DNA from: Bacteroidetes/Chlorobi group bacterium MS-B_bin-24
GTDB lineage: Bacteria > Bacteroidota > Ignavibacteria > Kapaibacteriales > UBA2268
Direction of reading: 5' to 3'
DNA: 64,000 nucleotides
Assembly (NCBI GenBank): GCA_003731685.1
Contig: RCNO01000001.1
Coordinates: 53,342-117,341 of the forward strand
The translations under genes were made by a program, and so were the position numbers. Every line of letters begins with the position of its first letter. Position 1 is the stretch's first letter. The notes beneath the pieces are model-generated. The model did no database searches. It saw nothing but the letters and a program-made list of their open reading frames with translations, and was not told the DNA's origin. Positions 20,319 through 30,738 of the stretch are shown one piece after another.

Positions 20319-20395
20319 AATTTTATATTTTTTATTGTTTAAACTATTTTAATCGTTTTTATTATTGGTTGTTGTTTTAGTAAAGGGAAGTAAAG

Positions 20396-21958
20396 ATGAA
20401 CGAGATGATGATTTTAATTGGAACACTTGTTGGGCTTTTGCTTGGTTTCGTTGTTGCATATTTTATAACTAATAGGGCTTATTCTTCTAAGATAAGGGAA
20501 GCAGAAGAAAAGGCAAAAAACATATTAAAAGAAGCCGAAAAGGAAGCAAATAATCTTAAAAAGGAAAAATTGCTCGAAGTTAAAGAAGAGTGGCACCGAC
20601 GTAAACAAGAATTTGAAAACGAATATCAGCAAAGAAAAACTAAGATACAAGCTTCCGAAAAATTATTAAAGACACGGGAAGAGGCTTTAGAATCCAAGCT
20701 TGACTTGCTGACAAAAAAGGAACGCCAGATTGAACTTGCCGAAAACGAACTTCGACAAAAAGAAGCAAACATATCGAAAAAATTAGAAGAAATCGAAAAA
20801 CTCCGTGCAGAACAAATAAAGAAGCTCGAAGAAATAAGTGGACTCTCGAAAGAAGATGCCAAGAAAATATTAATTGACAATTTCATCAACGAAGCAAAAG
20901 CCGAAGCTGCCCAGTACATTAAACAAATTCGCGACGAAGCCAAGCTAAACGTCCAAAAGGAAGCACGCAACATAATTCTCGAAGCAATTCAAAGAACCGC
21001 ATCAGACCATAGCATCGAGAGCACCGTTTCGGTTGTTACTCTCGAATCCGATGAAATGAAAGGTAGAATTATCGGACGCGAAGGTAGAAATATTCGCTCC
21101 TTCGAGTCGGCAACAGGTGTGGATTTGATAATCGACGATACTCCCGAAGCTGTTGTTATTTCGGGATTTGACCCATTCCGACGCGAGGTTGCTAAAATTG
21201 CACTCGAACGACTTATGCAAGATGGTAGGATTCATCCCGCTCGAATCGAAGAAGTAGTCGAAAAAGTTCGTGCCGAATTAGAAGAGGAAATCTACAAGGT
21301 TGGCGAACAAACAACCCTTGAACTTGGAATACACAATTTGCATCCTGACCTAATCCGCTTAGTGGGTAAGATGAAATACCGTTCAAGTTATGGTCAAAAT
21401 CTTTTGAACCATTCAATCGAAGTTGCTTATCTTTGTGGAATAATGGCTAGCGAATTGGGGTTAGACCCTCAAATTGCTAAAAGGGCAGGACTTTTGCATG
21501 ATATTGGCAAATGTGTCGACCAAAACACCGAAGGTCCCCACGCTTTAATAGGATATGAACTGGCTAAAAAATATAAGGAACATCCAGCAGTAGCCAATGC
21601 TATTGGAGCCCACCACGAGGATATTGATATGGAAACACCATACGCAGTCCTTGTCCAAGCTGCCGATAGCATTAGCGGAGCTCGACCCGGCGCCCGAAGA
21701 GAATCCCTCGAGAATTACATCAAAAGGCTCGAAAAACTTGAAACTCTTGCCCAAAGCTTCGACGGCGTCCAAAAAACATTCGCTATCCAAGCTGGAAGGG
21801 AAGTTCGCGTTATTGTCGAACCCGATAAAATCGATGATTTGACTGCAGACCAGCTGGCTCACGACATCGCAAAGAAAATCGAACAGGAAATGGAATATCC
21901 CGGACAAATAAAAGTCACCGTCATTCGAGAGAAAAGAAGCTTTGCTTTTGCTAAATAA
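20396..21958 (+). CDS. rny: ribonuclease Y (TM + KH + HD)
   Basis: 520 aa. N-terminal TM helix, coiled-coil, KH domain ([10 protein letters not shown]), HD domain (HSIEVA...HDIGK). Confidence 0.9.
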   Translation: MNEMMILIGTLVGLLLGFVVAYFITNRAYSSKIREAEEKAKNILKEAEKEANNLKKEKLLEVKEEWHRRKQEFENEYQQRKTKIQASEKLLKTREEALESKLDLLTKKERQIELAENELRQKEANISKKLEEIEKLRAEQIKKLEEISGLSKEDAKKILIDNFINEAKAEAAQYIKQIRDEAKLNVQKEARNIILEAIQRTASDHSIESTVSVVTLESDEMKGRIIGREGRNIRSFESATGVDLIIDDTPEAVVISGFDPFRREVAKIALERLMQDGRIHPARIEEVVEKVRAELEEEIYKVGEQTTLELGIHNLHPDLIRLVGKMKYRSSYGQNLLNHSIEVAYLCGIMASELGLDPQIAKRAGLLHDIGKCVDQNTEGPHALIGYELAKKYKEHPAVANAIGAHHEDIDMETPYAVLVQAADSISGARPGARRESLENYIKRLEKLETLAQSFDGVQKTFAIQAGREVRVIVEPDKIDDLTADQLAHDIAKKIEQEMEYPGQIKVTVIREKRSFAFAK

Positions 21959-21980
21959 AAAAATAATATCATTCGAAAAA

Positions 21981-22014
21981 GGAACTGTTGGTTTCGAACA
22001 ACAGTTCCTTTTTT
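21981..22014 (+). terminator. rho-independent terminator after rny
   Basis: GGAACTGTTG-gtttcgaa-CAACAGTTCC followed by TTTTTT. Confidence 0.75.
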
Positions 22015-22044
22015 GCTAAATTTGTTTTGTTCTAAACTTTAAAA

Positions 22045-22926
22045 ATGAAAAAAGAATCAACTACGGACAATGAAAAAAATAGAGTGGCTGTGGCTTCTCT
22101 TCTTGTTGCAATTTTCCTTACTATTTTCAAAGCTGTTGTTGGTTTTGCAACGGGAAGTTTAGGAATTATTTCCGAGGCAATGCATTCAGAAATGGATGTG
22201 TTTGCTGCGGGATTGACTGCTTTCTCTGTTCGGCTTTCATCGAAACCCCCAGACGAGAAGCATAATTTTGGTCACGGGAAAATCGAGAATATCTCGGCTT
22301 TAATCGAAGGTTTGATTTTAGTCGCAACTTGTGTTTGGATTGTTTGGGAGGCAGTCGAAAGACTAACGGGCAAAGAAACTCATATTGTTGTAAACTTTTG
22401 GAGCTTCTTCGTTGTGATTTTCGCAATTATCGTCGACTTGAACAGGGCTAAAATTCTATCAAAAATGGCAAAAAAACACAAAAGCCAAGCATCAGAAGCC
22501 GATGCCCTCCATTTCTCTTCCGACATTCTCTCTTCTGGTGTAGTTCTTTTAGGCTTAATCTTAACTTATTTCAATATCCATACAGCCGATTCTATAGCCG
22601 CTTTGTTCGTTTCTATGATTGTTTTATATATGTCCGTCAAGCTTTCACTTCGTGCGATAGATGAACTTTTGGACAGAGCACCCGTAGAACTAAAAAAAGA
22701 TGTTGAAGGAATCATCACTGGAATTTCCGAAGTTAAGTATGTTCACTATATAAAGATAAGGACATCCGGCTCGACAACATTCATCGATTTAAACATTCAT
22801 CTCTACCCGAATCTTACAATCGAAGAAGCTCATCAGATTGCTCACCGAGTAGAAAATGAAATCAAAAAAGCTTATTCAAATTGCCAAATTCACATTCATC
22901 AAGAACCAGAAAGCAAACACGAATGA
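22045..22926 (+). CDS. cation diffusion facilitator (CDF) family metal efflux transporter
   Basis: 293 aa, 6 TM helices, His/Asp-rich motifs, C-terminal cytoplasmic domain. Confidence 0.8.
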   Translation: MKKESTTDNEKNRVAVASLLVAIFLTIFKAVVGFATGSLGIISEAMHSEMDVFAAGLTAFSVRLSSKPPDEKHNFGHGKIENISALIEGLILVATCVWIVWEAVERLTGKETHIVVNFWSFFVVIFAIIVDLNRAKILSKMAKKHKSQASEADALHFSSDILSSGVVLLGLILTYFNIHTADSIAALFVSMIVLYMSVKLSLRAIDELLDRAPVELKKDVEGIITGISEVKYVHYIKIRTSGSTTFIDLNIHLYPNLTIEEAHQIAHRVENEIKKAYSNCQIHIHQEPESKHE

Positions 22927-23549
22927 ATAACTTTATCTTCAAAATTGTTTTGGTTTTTGTTTCGACATTTTCAATTTTTCCTTTTCAAATTCAAGAAGAT
23001 GGACTTAACATTGTAAAATCAAAAAAAGGGTTTCTTTTCGTTTTTAACGATTCTACCGAAAGTTTTATGATAGAATTCGAAGGAAAAAAATTTTTGGACA
23101 TTGAACCCGAAGAACTCATTTTTTCTGTTGACAATCAGATTATCCAATTCACAATTGTTCCACTTAGCCTTTTCCTGAATCCCAAATCTAAATTGGATAC
23201 TTTAATGCAACATTTCAACTTCGAAATCAAATATCTTAAACAAGAGCTTCGAGCTGATATTCCTGAGTTTGAACCCCAGACTCTTTCGCTTCCAAAAGCA
23301 CGAAAAGCCCTATTCTGGGAGCTCTCCCCTTCGAGGTTGGATACAGATACATCAAGCGAAACTGTAGTTAGGCATATTTTTGCCACAACAAATACGAACA
23401 AGTTTATTGTTTTTATCTCCTCTCCATTGACAAAAGCAAACAATCCCACAACTGCAAAAGAAAGAATACAAAAAGCATTAAATTCTTTCCGTTTTCAACC
23501 ATCACGTTTCAATTTGGAAACACTTAGGGATTCTCTACTCAAAAAGTGA
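22923..23549 (+). CDS. hypothetical secreted protein
   Basis: About 208 aa from the ATG at 22923, which overlaps the CDF stop as ATGA. Signal peptide. No recognisable domain. Confidence 0.4.
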   Translation: MNNFIFKIVLVFVSTFSIFPFQIQEDGLNIVKSKKGFLFVFNDSTESFMIEFEGKKFLDIEPEELIFSVDNQIIQFTIVPLSLFLNPKSKLDTLMQHFNFEIKYLKQELRADIPEFEPQTLSLPKARKALFWELSPSRLDTDTSSETVVRHIFATTNTNKFIVFISSPLTKANNPTTAKERIQKALNSFRFQPSRFNLETLRDSLLKK

Positions 23550-23632
23550 TTTCTTCAAAATTTATTTCGCAATTTAAAGTGATAATTTTTGTGTAATTTT
23601 GTTTTGTTGGATATAGGAAAACTAAAAAATAA

Positions 23633-25123
23633 ATGAACGATTGGGCTGACAGCGATAATTTTACAAATTCCGAAAATCTCTGGTGGTATGGAACAGACTT
23701 CCTGCCATCCATCCAAGACCTTGCAGTGATTTATGAATCATATATTCGTGAAAAAATCAACTCAGGCGAAGAATTTTCCGAAGAAGAGTTTGAGTTTTTC
23801 GAAGGGATTTTGGAAGCCTGTATCGAAGAGGAATATTACGACGTTGCTTTAAAATTTTGTAATGCTCTCCTTTCTGTTGACCCTTTTTCGACCGAACTCC
23901 TTTCGCAAAAAGGCTTTATTCTAATGAATCTCGATGAATTTGAAGAAGCAAAAGAAACATTGAACCGAGCTTTGGAAATCAACCCAACAGATGTTGATGC
24001 GTTGTTCAATTTAAGCTTGACTCTATTTAGCAGTGGCGATATAGATAACTCGTTGAAAGCAATCGACAAGGCTTTGGAAATTGAATATGATGAAGATGTT
24101 CTTTTCAACAAAGGCATCTTTTTAAAGGCTCATCAAAGATACGACGAGGCTTTAAAAGTATTCAATACACTTACTGACTCACCAATTTATGGTATCGATG
24201 CCTACTACGAAATTGCATCGATTTATATGAGTTTGGGCAAAGTGAAGGAAAGCCTCGAATATCATATGAAAGCTATCAACTTAGACCCAACATCCGAATG
24301 GCATTGGTGCAATCTTGGAATAACTTACCTTCGTTTAGGACGCCCATACAAAGCTATCGACGCTTTCTTAAACTCATTAGCTTTGAACGATAAATATGAA
24401 CCCTCTAAATATTATCTTGTAATTGCCTATATTAATGCAGGAAAATTAATTGAGGCACTTGATTTTTTGGCAGACATTGAAAAATTAAATTCTAACGACC
24501 CTAACGCACATACAATTGCTGGTTTAATTCAAGGGAAGTTTAGGTTCTATGAATGGGCATTGGAATATTTTTTAAGTGCGATAAAATACGACGAAAATTC
24601 AGCAATATCATACATTGGTGCTGGTCTTTGCTATTGGTATCTGGATAAATATGGCAAAGCCGAAAAGTATTTTTGGGATGGGCTTGCACGAGACCCCAAA
24701 AATATTTCCCTGTGGATGATACCAATTGATTACTTCGTAAGTCTTGGTAGAATCAGCACTGCTTTCTCGTTTTTCGAAAAAGCCCTTCTAAACAATCCAG
24801 ACGATGATTCACTTCTGATTGAATTCATTGATTTTATTTGGGAACATAGAAAATATGAAAAAGGAGTAGCTGCACTCGAAAATTACCAAACCTTATCAAA
24901 AAATTCTCCCTTGTTATCTTTTGAATTAGGGAAATTATATTTGAAAACTAAAAACTTCGTAAAGGCTCTCAATTCTTTCGTTAAAGGTATCGAAATAGAC
25001 AATGCATTTTACGAAAGGTTCTTGAAAGAAGTTCCGACCATCCTGCCTAAAAAAGCCTTCGAAAAATTTAAAAAGGATTTAGATGCCTCGTTAGCGAATC
25101 AGAAAATGAAATTCAATTCTTAA
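23633..25123 (+). CDS. tetratricopeptide repeat (TPR) protein
   Basis: 496 aa. Multiple 34-aa TPR-like repeats (W-LG-Y-A-F-P consensus positions). Confidence 0.7.
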   Translation: MNDWADSDNFTNSENLWWYGTDFLPSIQDLAVIYESYIREKINSGEEFSEEEFEFFEGILEACIEEEYYDVALKFCNALLSVDPFSTELLSQKGFILMNLDEFEEAKETLNRALEINPTDVDALFNLSLTLFSSGDIDNSLKAIDKALEIEYDEDVLFNKGIFLKAHQRYDEALKVFNTLTDSPIYGIDAYYEIASIYMSLGKVKESLEYHMKAINLDPTSEWHWCNLGITYLRLGRPYKAIDAFLNSLALNDKYEPSKYYLVIAYINAGKLIEALDFLADIEKLNSNDPNAHTIAGLIQGKFRFYEWALEYFLSAIKYDENSAISYIGAGLCYWYLDKYGKAEKYFWDGLARDPKNISLWMIPIDYFVSLGRISTAFSFFEKALLNNPDDDSLLIEFIDFIWEHRKYEKGVAALENYQTLSKNSPLLSFELGKLYLKTKNFVKALNSFVKGIEIDNAFYERFLKEVPTILPKKAFEKFKKDLDASLANQKMKFNS

Positions 25124-25157
25124 TTTGCAAAGAATCTTTTGCAACGCCCCCTTTACG

Positions 25158-26099
25158 TTAATCCTTTTTCTTCAAGGAATTTGAAGGTCTTAGCCGTAAG
25201 CTGCGAGGTATAACCCCGCGAGCCACGAGCGTATCAAATGCAGTTTCATACCTAATCCTCTCTTTCTTCGGTATCATCGAACGAAGTTCAGGGGGAATAT
25301 GTTCTATTGGCATCAAAGCCTCCTCCACCTTCATAGGGTCTGGAGGCAGGTAGTCGATTTTTTGCTGGTTGGACTCTAATTCGAGCCATTTCTTAGGAAA
25401 GTTGATAAAATCGTAGAAATCAATTATAATTACCGGAGTACCGGACATCGGAATAATTTTTCCTGTTGAGTCTCTTTTGGGTCCCTCGCCCCAATTATAA
25501 AGCCACTCAGCGTCTTCACGAAATTGTCGGATACACATATGCGAGGCAGGAAAACCGGGCATCTCAAATTGATGAAACGCCGAACCCGTTAAACGATGAA
25601 AATTCCAAGTGAATGGCATTATCCAACTTTCGTTGAATGAAGATATGCGGAGCCTTTCCCTCCACTGCAAAGAATAACGCCCCGGATAGGTTGGGGTCGA
25701 TTTCTTTCCAGTAATTGCGGCTGCAAATCTTACCAGATTACCAAATTCATAACAAGCATAAGCCTGATATACATTGGATACAACAATCAATTTTGGAATA
25801 AACTTGGCTCCGGGGTATTCAAGTGGAAAAACAGAATACACCCTCAAATCATCCAAAAAAGTATCGGGAAGAATTATTGGTTGCTTTGGACGGAAAAAGC
25901 GAAGCTCTTTTCTATTTAAAGTGGTCAAAACCCGATACTTGGTTTTGTTGACATTAGGATTAAATTCTCGCAAGAATGAGTTTAATTTTGCGTAATTGTC
26001 AAATTTTACCACTTTGTATTTGATTAAAGGGAAGGATGGCTGTGTTTGTGAAAAGGAAGCACTAAAACCTAAAATGATGAAAAAGAAGAGAATTAACAT
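25158..26099 (-). CDS. L,D-transpeptidase (YkuD/ErfK family)
   Basis: Signal peptide. Catalytic-domain motifs H-x15-SHMCIR (SHGC[IV]R-like) and TPTYPGRYSL. Confidence 0.55.
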   Translation of the reverse strand: MLILFFFIILGFSASFSQTQPSFPLIKYKVVKFDNYAKLNSFLREFNPNVNKTKYRVLTTLNRKELRFFRPKQPIILPDTFLDDLRVYSVFPLEYPGAKFIPKLIVVSNVYQAYACYEFGNLVRFAAAITGKKSTPTYPGRYSLQWRERLRISSFNESWIMPFTWNFHRLTGSAFHQFEMPGFPASHMCIRQFREDAEWLYNWGEGPKRDSTGKIIPMSGTPVIIIDFYDFINFPKKWLELESNQQKIDYLPPDPMKVEEALMPIEHIPPELRSMIPKKERIRYETAFDTLVARGVIPRSLRLRPSNSLKKKD

Positions 26100-26111
26100 A
26101 AAATTTTCGGA

Positions 26112-27098
26112 TTAAATCAACAACTTGCCTTCTTTCATAATTAATTTATCATCAAAATAAACATTTGGTTTGGTTACAATTCCATCAATGTGTCCTTTGG
26201 CTTTGATTTTACCCCCCATAGTCTGATTATTTCCAAAGGCAATGTGAATCGTCCCAAGCACTTTTTCATCCTCGAGGATACTTCCTGTAATTGTGGCTTT
26301 GTAGTTTGTTCCAATGCCAAATTCACCAATGGCAAAAGCTTCGTGACCAATATCTTTTAATATATCGTATAACATTTTAGCTTCTTCATCTCCTTCGAAA
26401 TCTACACCATAACCATCTTCGACAGTAACTTTAACTGGATGCTTCAACTTCCCAATGCCCGCAATAGAACCATCGAAAACTATAACACCATTGCTTTGTT
26501 TTTCCCAAGGAGCAAGATAGACTTCACCCGACGGCAAATTGCCATATTCACCAATGTTTCGCAGTATTCCTGTACTTTTAATTATATTCCTACCTTTCAC
26601 GGGCAATGTTATGTCGGTTCCAAGTTCAGTTGTTACTCGAATCGTCGAAACATTCTGAAGTTGCTTTGCCACATTTTCAGTTATTTTTAAAATTTTATCG
26701 GCGTCTGCACTCAAACAGCGAATCATTGTATCCTGCGTTATTCCGGGCATTGTTGCAATTCTAACCCCGAGTTTCGTTGCCTCGCGCCGTGCATTTGTAT
26801 GAGTTATTGATTTGCTCATTGGAGCGACAACTACATCCACTTCTTGCATAAGTAAAGCTATCTGTTCAGGTGGTTCTTCGCCATTGACCTTTCGAGGTTT
26901 TATCTCGCAATAAAATACTTCGTGAGCAAGTTCCTTCCCTACTTGAAAAAACGTCAGCCCAATTTCTCTTAATGGCTCATCGGACAAAACGAGCAGTGTT
27001 TCAACCGAAGAAACACCTAAATAGTCCGAAAGAGCAATTCTTGCTGCATCAACCAAGGTCAATTCCTTTTCTTTTTCAGTCTTTTTCTTTCTTGGCAT
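26112..27098 (-). CDS. aminopeptidase, M29 (AmpS/PepS)-like
   Basis: 328 aa. C-terminal GEFGIGTN...HIAFG blocks resemble thermophilic metalloprotease M29. Shorter than canonical members. Confidence 0.5.
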   Translation of the reverse strand: MPRKKKTEKEKELTLVDAARIALSDYLGVSSVETLLVLSDEPLREIGLTFFQVGKELAHEVFYCEIKPRKVNGEEPPEQIALLMQEVDVVVAPMSKSITHTNARREATKLGVRIATMPGITQDTMIRCLSADADKILKITENVAKQLQNVSTIRVTTELGTDITLPVKGRNIIKSTGILRNIGEYGNLPSGEVYLAPWEKQSNGVIVFDGSIAGIGKLKHPVKVTVEDGYGVDFEGDEEAKMLYDILKDIGHEAFAIGEFGIGTNYKATITGSILEDEKVLGTIHIAFGNNQTMGGKIKAKGHIDGIVTKPNVYFDDKLIMKEGKLLI

Positions 27099-27116
27099 AA
27101 AATCCTTCCTTTCTAA

Positions 27117-28367
27117 TTAAACTTTTGGTTTTTCTAAATCGAATCTGGTTGCTTTCCGATTTGATTTTAGCAAAAGGTATCCAAATAAAACTCCAAATAT
27201 ACCAAAAAATGAGAAAATCCACATCCCCGTAGTATAACCACCTGTCTTTGTATTTACGAACCCAATCAAAATATTGGTCGCAAACAACCCGATATTTTGT
27301 ATCATCGTCATCACTCCATAGGCGGTCCCAAGTTTGGATTCATCAACAACATAAGCAACAGAGGGCCACATCACAGCTGGTATCAAGGAAAAGGCAATTC
27401 CCATTATGGACATTGGAACAAACAAAGAGATTCTTGTATAAGCCATTATTAAATATACTGGAATAATTAGGAACGAGCCCAAAATCATAAATTTTGCTCT
27501 GTGACCAACTTTATCGACAATTATTCCGAATATTGGTGTCATTATCATAGCAGACAAGGTCAAAATGCTGGAGAGAAAACCAGCGGTTTGACGCGAAACA
27601 TTATGGACTTCCTGAAAGAACTTAATTGCAAATGTTTGGAATGGAAACATAGCAGAATAAAAAGCTACACAGAGCAAAGTGATAAACCAAAATGCTGGTC
27701 CGAAGCGAAATATTTCTTTCAGTTCGATTTTTCCTTGCTTTTGCTCTTCGCCCAGCAGGAATCTATTTCTCGACCAAACATCCAAAACATAGTATATGAT
27801 AACTGCAATTACAGAAATAAGCGAAGCCACAAAGGAAATTAACAAAGGTCCTTGCCAATTTTCGTAAAAGCCTTTTGCCCACGTTGGTGAATTCAAAGCA
27901 GCAAAGGAACCCAAACGGGCAATGGTCAAATTCAACCCGAAAGCAAAAGACAACTCTTTCCCTTTGAACCATTTAGCCAAAGTAGTTGTAATAGAAACTA
28001 TGAGCGATTCGGCACCCAATCCGAAAATCAATCTTCCAGTTGCCATTGTAACAATATCGCCGCGGATAAATGTTGTAAATGCACCAATCATACACAAAGC
28101 AGAAAAAAGCAGATTAGCCCGCCGTGTTCCAATTCTATCGATAATAATTCCACCAATAGCAACCATTATAATGTTTGGGAAACTATAAATTCCTTGTAGC
28201 AAGCCAATGTTATCGTCTGTGAAATTTAACTGCTTTGCCAAAAGGTCGGCTAAGGGGGATATCGAGTCGTAGACATAGTAATTTCCAAACATTGCAACGG
28301 AAACTACAACAAGCACCATCCACCTAATCCAAACAGGTGGCTCCTTCAAAACTTTGTTTGAATTCAT
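27117..28367 (-). CDS. MFS transporter
   Basis: 416 aa, 12 TM helices. D-R/K-x-G-R-R-like motif (DRIGTRR). Confidence 0.75.
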   Translation of the reverse strand: MNSNKVLKEPPVWIRWMVLVVVSVAMFGNYYVYDSISPLADLLAKQLNFTDDNIGLLQGIYSFPNIIMVAIGGIIIDRIGTRRANLLFSALCMIGAFTTFIRGDIVTMATGRLIFGLGAESLIVSITTTLAKWFKGKELSFAFGLNLTIARLGSFAALNSPTWAKGFYENWQGPLLISFVASLISVIAVIIYYVLDVWSRNRFLLGEEQKQGKIELKEIFRFGPAFWFITLLCVAFYSAMFPFQTFAIKFFQEVHNVSRQTAGFLSSILTLSAMIMTPIFGIIVDKVGHRAKFMILGSFLIIPVYLIMAYTRISLFVPMSIMGIAFSLIPAVMWPSVAYVVDESKLGTAYGVMTMIQNIGLFATNILIGFVNTKTGGYTTGMWIFSFFGIFGVLFGYLLLKSNRKATRFDLEKPKV

Positions 28368-28389
28368 ACACTCCCTTTAGTTTCTGAAT

Positions 28390-30735
28390 TTAACTCTTTT
28401 TTGAAATAATATGTATATGTTTGCCAATTTCTATTCTGTAAAATACAACTAAACCAACCAGTGAAAGCACAATAGTAAAAATGCTAATATACGAACCAAC
28501 TAAGAAAGAGTCCGAAACAAACTTCATTTCGACAATATGTTCTCCTTTTGGAACTTCAATGGCTCTGAAACAATAGTTTGCTCTAAATATTTCAAAAGGC
28601 ATACCATCGACATAGGCTTTCCATTCTGGATACCAGATTTCACTGAAAACCAACAAAGCAGAGTTCGATATTTTTACCAAATACTTAAAGTAATTTTCGC
28701 TGTAATATAAACAAGCCACAGAATTTTGATTTAAAGTATCTATATTATTTTTCACAAAGTTTGGCTGCTTTTCCAATACAACAGTTTTTCGATAGTCAAT
28801 CTGGTTTTTTCGCATAAAATCGTGAATGTTCTTTTCGCTAACAACAATAGAACTATCGACAAACCAGGCACGTGGCAAATAAGAAGAACGTTCGAAAAAT
28901 CCCCAAGTTCCCTTTTCCAAATCCACTTTAACCTCGTATCGGACATTGTATAAATCATTCACTTGGGCTGTGCTATTCAAAGGCGGAAGCACTCTTTCCA
29001 AAATCAAGGGATTGTAGCCATCTATCAACATTATGCCGTCAATTAGACCTTGATTCCTTTGCATAGCCATAAAACGAATGGGCTCATACAGGCGAGAACT
29101 TACACGAAAGATTTCGTTCGGTGGTTTAGGCGTAAGCATTGCCTTAAGTTCCGGTTTCAATTCATAAGCCTTTTCTGGATTATTTGGATTTCGATTGAAC
29201 TCAGCTCCTACAAGGTATAAATCAATAAAACATAATATCGAAATAATGGCACCAGCTACAGCAGGAGGCAAAACCGCCCGATTGAGCAATATTCCAAGGG
29301 TGACAACAATAAGAATTAACACAAGGGCAAAACTTCCTGAATCCTTAATTACATCATTAGCAACTAATGGTGCATTAAACGTATCGGCAAACCAACCCGA
29401 GGATGCAAGAACAGCCAAAACAAAAGCAATAAACGAAGGTATTAGAAACTTAACCAATGCTTCTTTCTTCAGTGCATTCTTCCATAAAAAGTCGAAGCCC
29501 AAGCCACCAAGAACAGACATACCCAGAACTACAAAGAACATCATTCTGGCTGGATTTCGGAAAATTCCAAAGTATGGAAGATTAAATAACAAGTCGAATA
29601 ATGGACTGCCACCGCCAAGAGAAAAAAGAAATCCGAAAACAACGAAAATTATCATCAACCAAACATAACGAAGGCTATATCCAACTAAAGCAGCAAATAA
29701 TCCAAGAATTGCAGAAGTAACACCAAAATAATAAACTGTTTCCCAAAAGAAATGAGTTTGCAATTCCCCCTTAAAACGAAGGTAGAAGGAAGCATTTTCA
29801 AGTTTCGAACCCTCGACCCAACCAAACAATTTTGGCACTATCGCTGTATATATCTGCTTGAACTGCAAAGCTCCTTCGGTTGCCTTTTGGTACGAAACTT
29901 CATTCCTTTGGGCATATTTGGACATCTCTTTTGAAGGGAAATATTGCACCGAAAAAATTCCAACCGCAATTAGGAATGGCAAAAAGAATAATATAACTGC
30001 TCTCAAAATTTGAGTGAGTTTGAATTTCCCCTTCAAATAGAAAACTAACTGGAAAACTCCCGCAATTCCCAACAAAGTTACAACATAGAGAGTAGTCTGG
30101 GGATGCCCCGAAAGCAGAGCCATTCCTAAAACCAAACCAGACAAAATCGAAAAGTAAATCTTATCCTCATCGAAGGACCTTAAAAACAGATACAAAACTA
30201 AAGGCAACCACGCCAAATGATAAACAATCATTGGATGAATAATATGCACCACTAGAAACATCGAGAAAGAATAAGAAATAGCGGAAATTAATGCCCCATA
30301 GGAAGAAATCTTGAAATACCTTGCCAAAACATACATATTCAACTGTGCTATAAGAAAATGAAGTATGATAATCAATTCCAAAGCGAGCACTGGGAGGTTA
30401 TTTCCAGTCAAAGTAAATAATGACAATAGCCTGTTGAATACATAGAAAAACCCAACCTGAATATCGGCAAGGAAGGGCATACCAGCAAAAGTATAAGGAT
30501 TCCAGAAAGGTATTTGCCCACGCGAAAAAGCCTTTGCTGCGTAGGATTGGACAGGGAAAACATATTCAACAAAATCTTCCCAAAAAAATGAGTTCATAAG
30601 GATTTGGTCGTAAAAGAAAATAAAAGTTGTGGCAATAAAAATGAAAAACACAAGCCAAAATGGAATTGGTTTGGTTTCCTTAACTACAACAACCACCTTT
30701 TCCCTTTTCCTTGAAGTTTTTGCCATGTTTCCCAT
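28390..30735 (-). CDS. YfhO family polytopic membrane protein (GT-C-like glycosyltransferase fold)
   Basis: 781 aa. N-terminal conserved block DFVEYVFPVQSYAAKAFSRGQIPFWNPYTFAGMPFLAD, more than 12 TM helices, C-terminal soluble domain. Confidence 0.6.
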   Translation of the reverse strand: MGNMAKTSRKREKVVVVVKETKPIPFWLVFFIFIATTFIFFYDQILMNSFFWEDFVEYVFPVQSYAAKAFSRGQIPFWNPYTFAGMPFLADIQVGFFYVFNRLLSLFTLTGNNLPVLALELIIILHFLIAQLNMYVLARYFKISSYGALISAISYSFSMFLVVHIIHPMIVYHLAWLPLVLYLFLRSFDEDKIYFSILSGLVLGMALLSGHPQTTLYVVTLLGIAGVFQLVFYLKGKFKLTQILRAVILFFLPFLIAVGIFSVQYFPSKEMSKYAQRNEVSYQKATEGALQFKQIYTAIVPKLFGWVEGSKLENASFYLRFKGELQTHFFWETVYYFGVTSAILGLFAALVGYSLRYVWLMIIFVVFGFLFSLGGGSPLFDLLFNLPYFGIFRNPARMMFFVVLGMSVLGGLGFDFLWKNALKKEALVKFLIPSFIAFVLAVLASSGWFADTFNAPLVANDVIKDSGSFALVLILIVVTLGILLNRAVLPPAVAGAIISILCFIDLYLVGAEFNRNPNNPEKAYELKPELKAMLTPKPPNEIFRVSSRLYEPIRFMAMQRNQGLIDGIMLIDGYNPLILERVLPPLNSTAQVNDLYNVRYEVKVDLEKGTWGFFERSSYLPRAWFVDSSIVVSEKNIHDFMRKNQIDYRKTVVLEKQPNFVKNNIDTLNQNSVACLYYSENYFKYLVKISNSALLVFSEIWYPEWKAYVDGMPFEIFRANYCFRAIEVPKGEHIVEMKFVSDSFLVGSYISIFTIVLSLVGLVVFYRIEIGKHIHIISKKS

Positions 30736-30738
30736 CTA

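Noticed and set aside
25125-25144. Possible bidirectional terminator between the TPR gene and the L,D-transpeptidase (TTGCAAAG-aatc-TTTTGCAA)
   Set aside because: Imperfect stem (one mismatch), AT-rich, no clear U-run on either side. Too weak to call.
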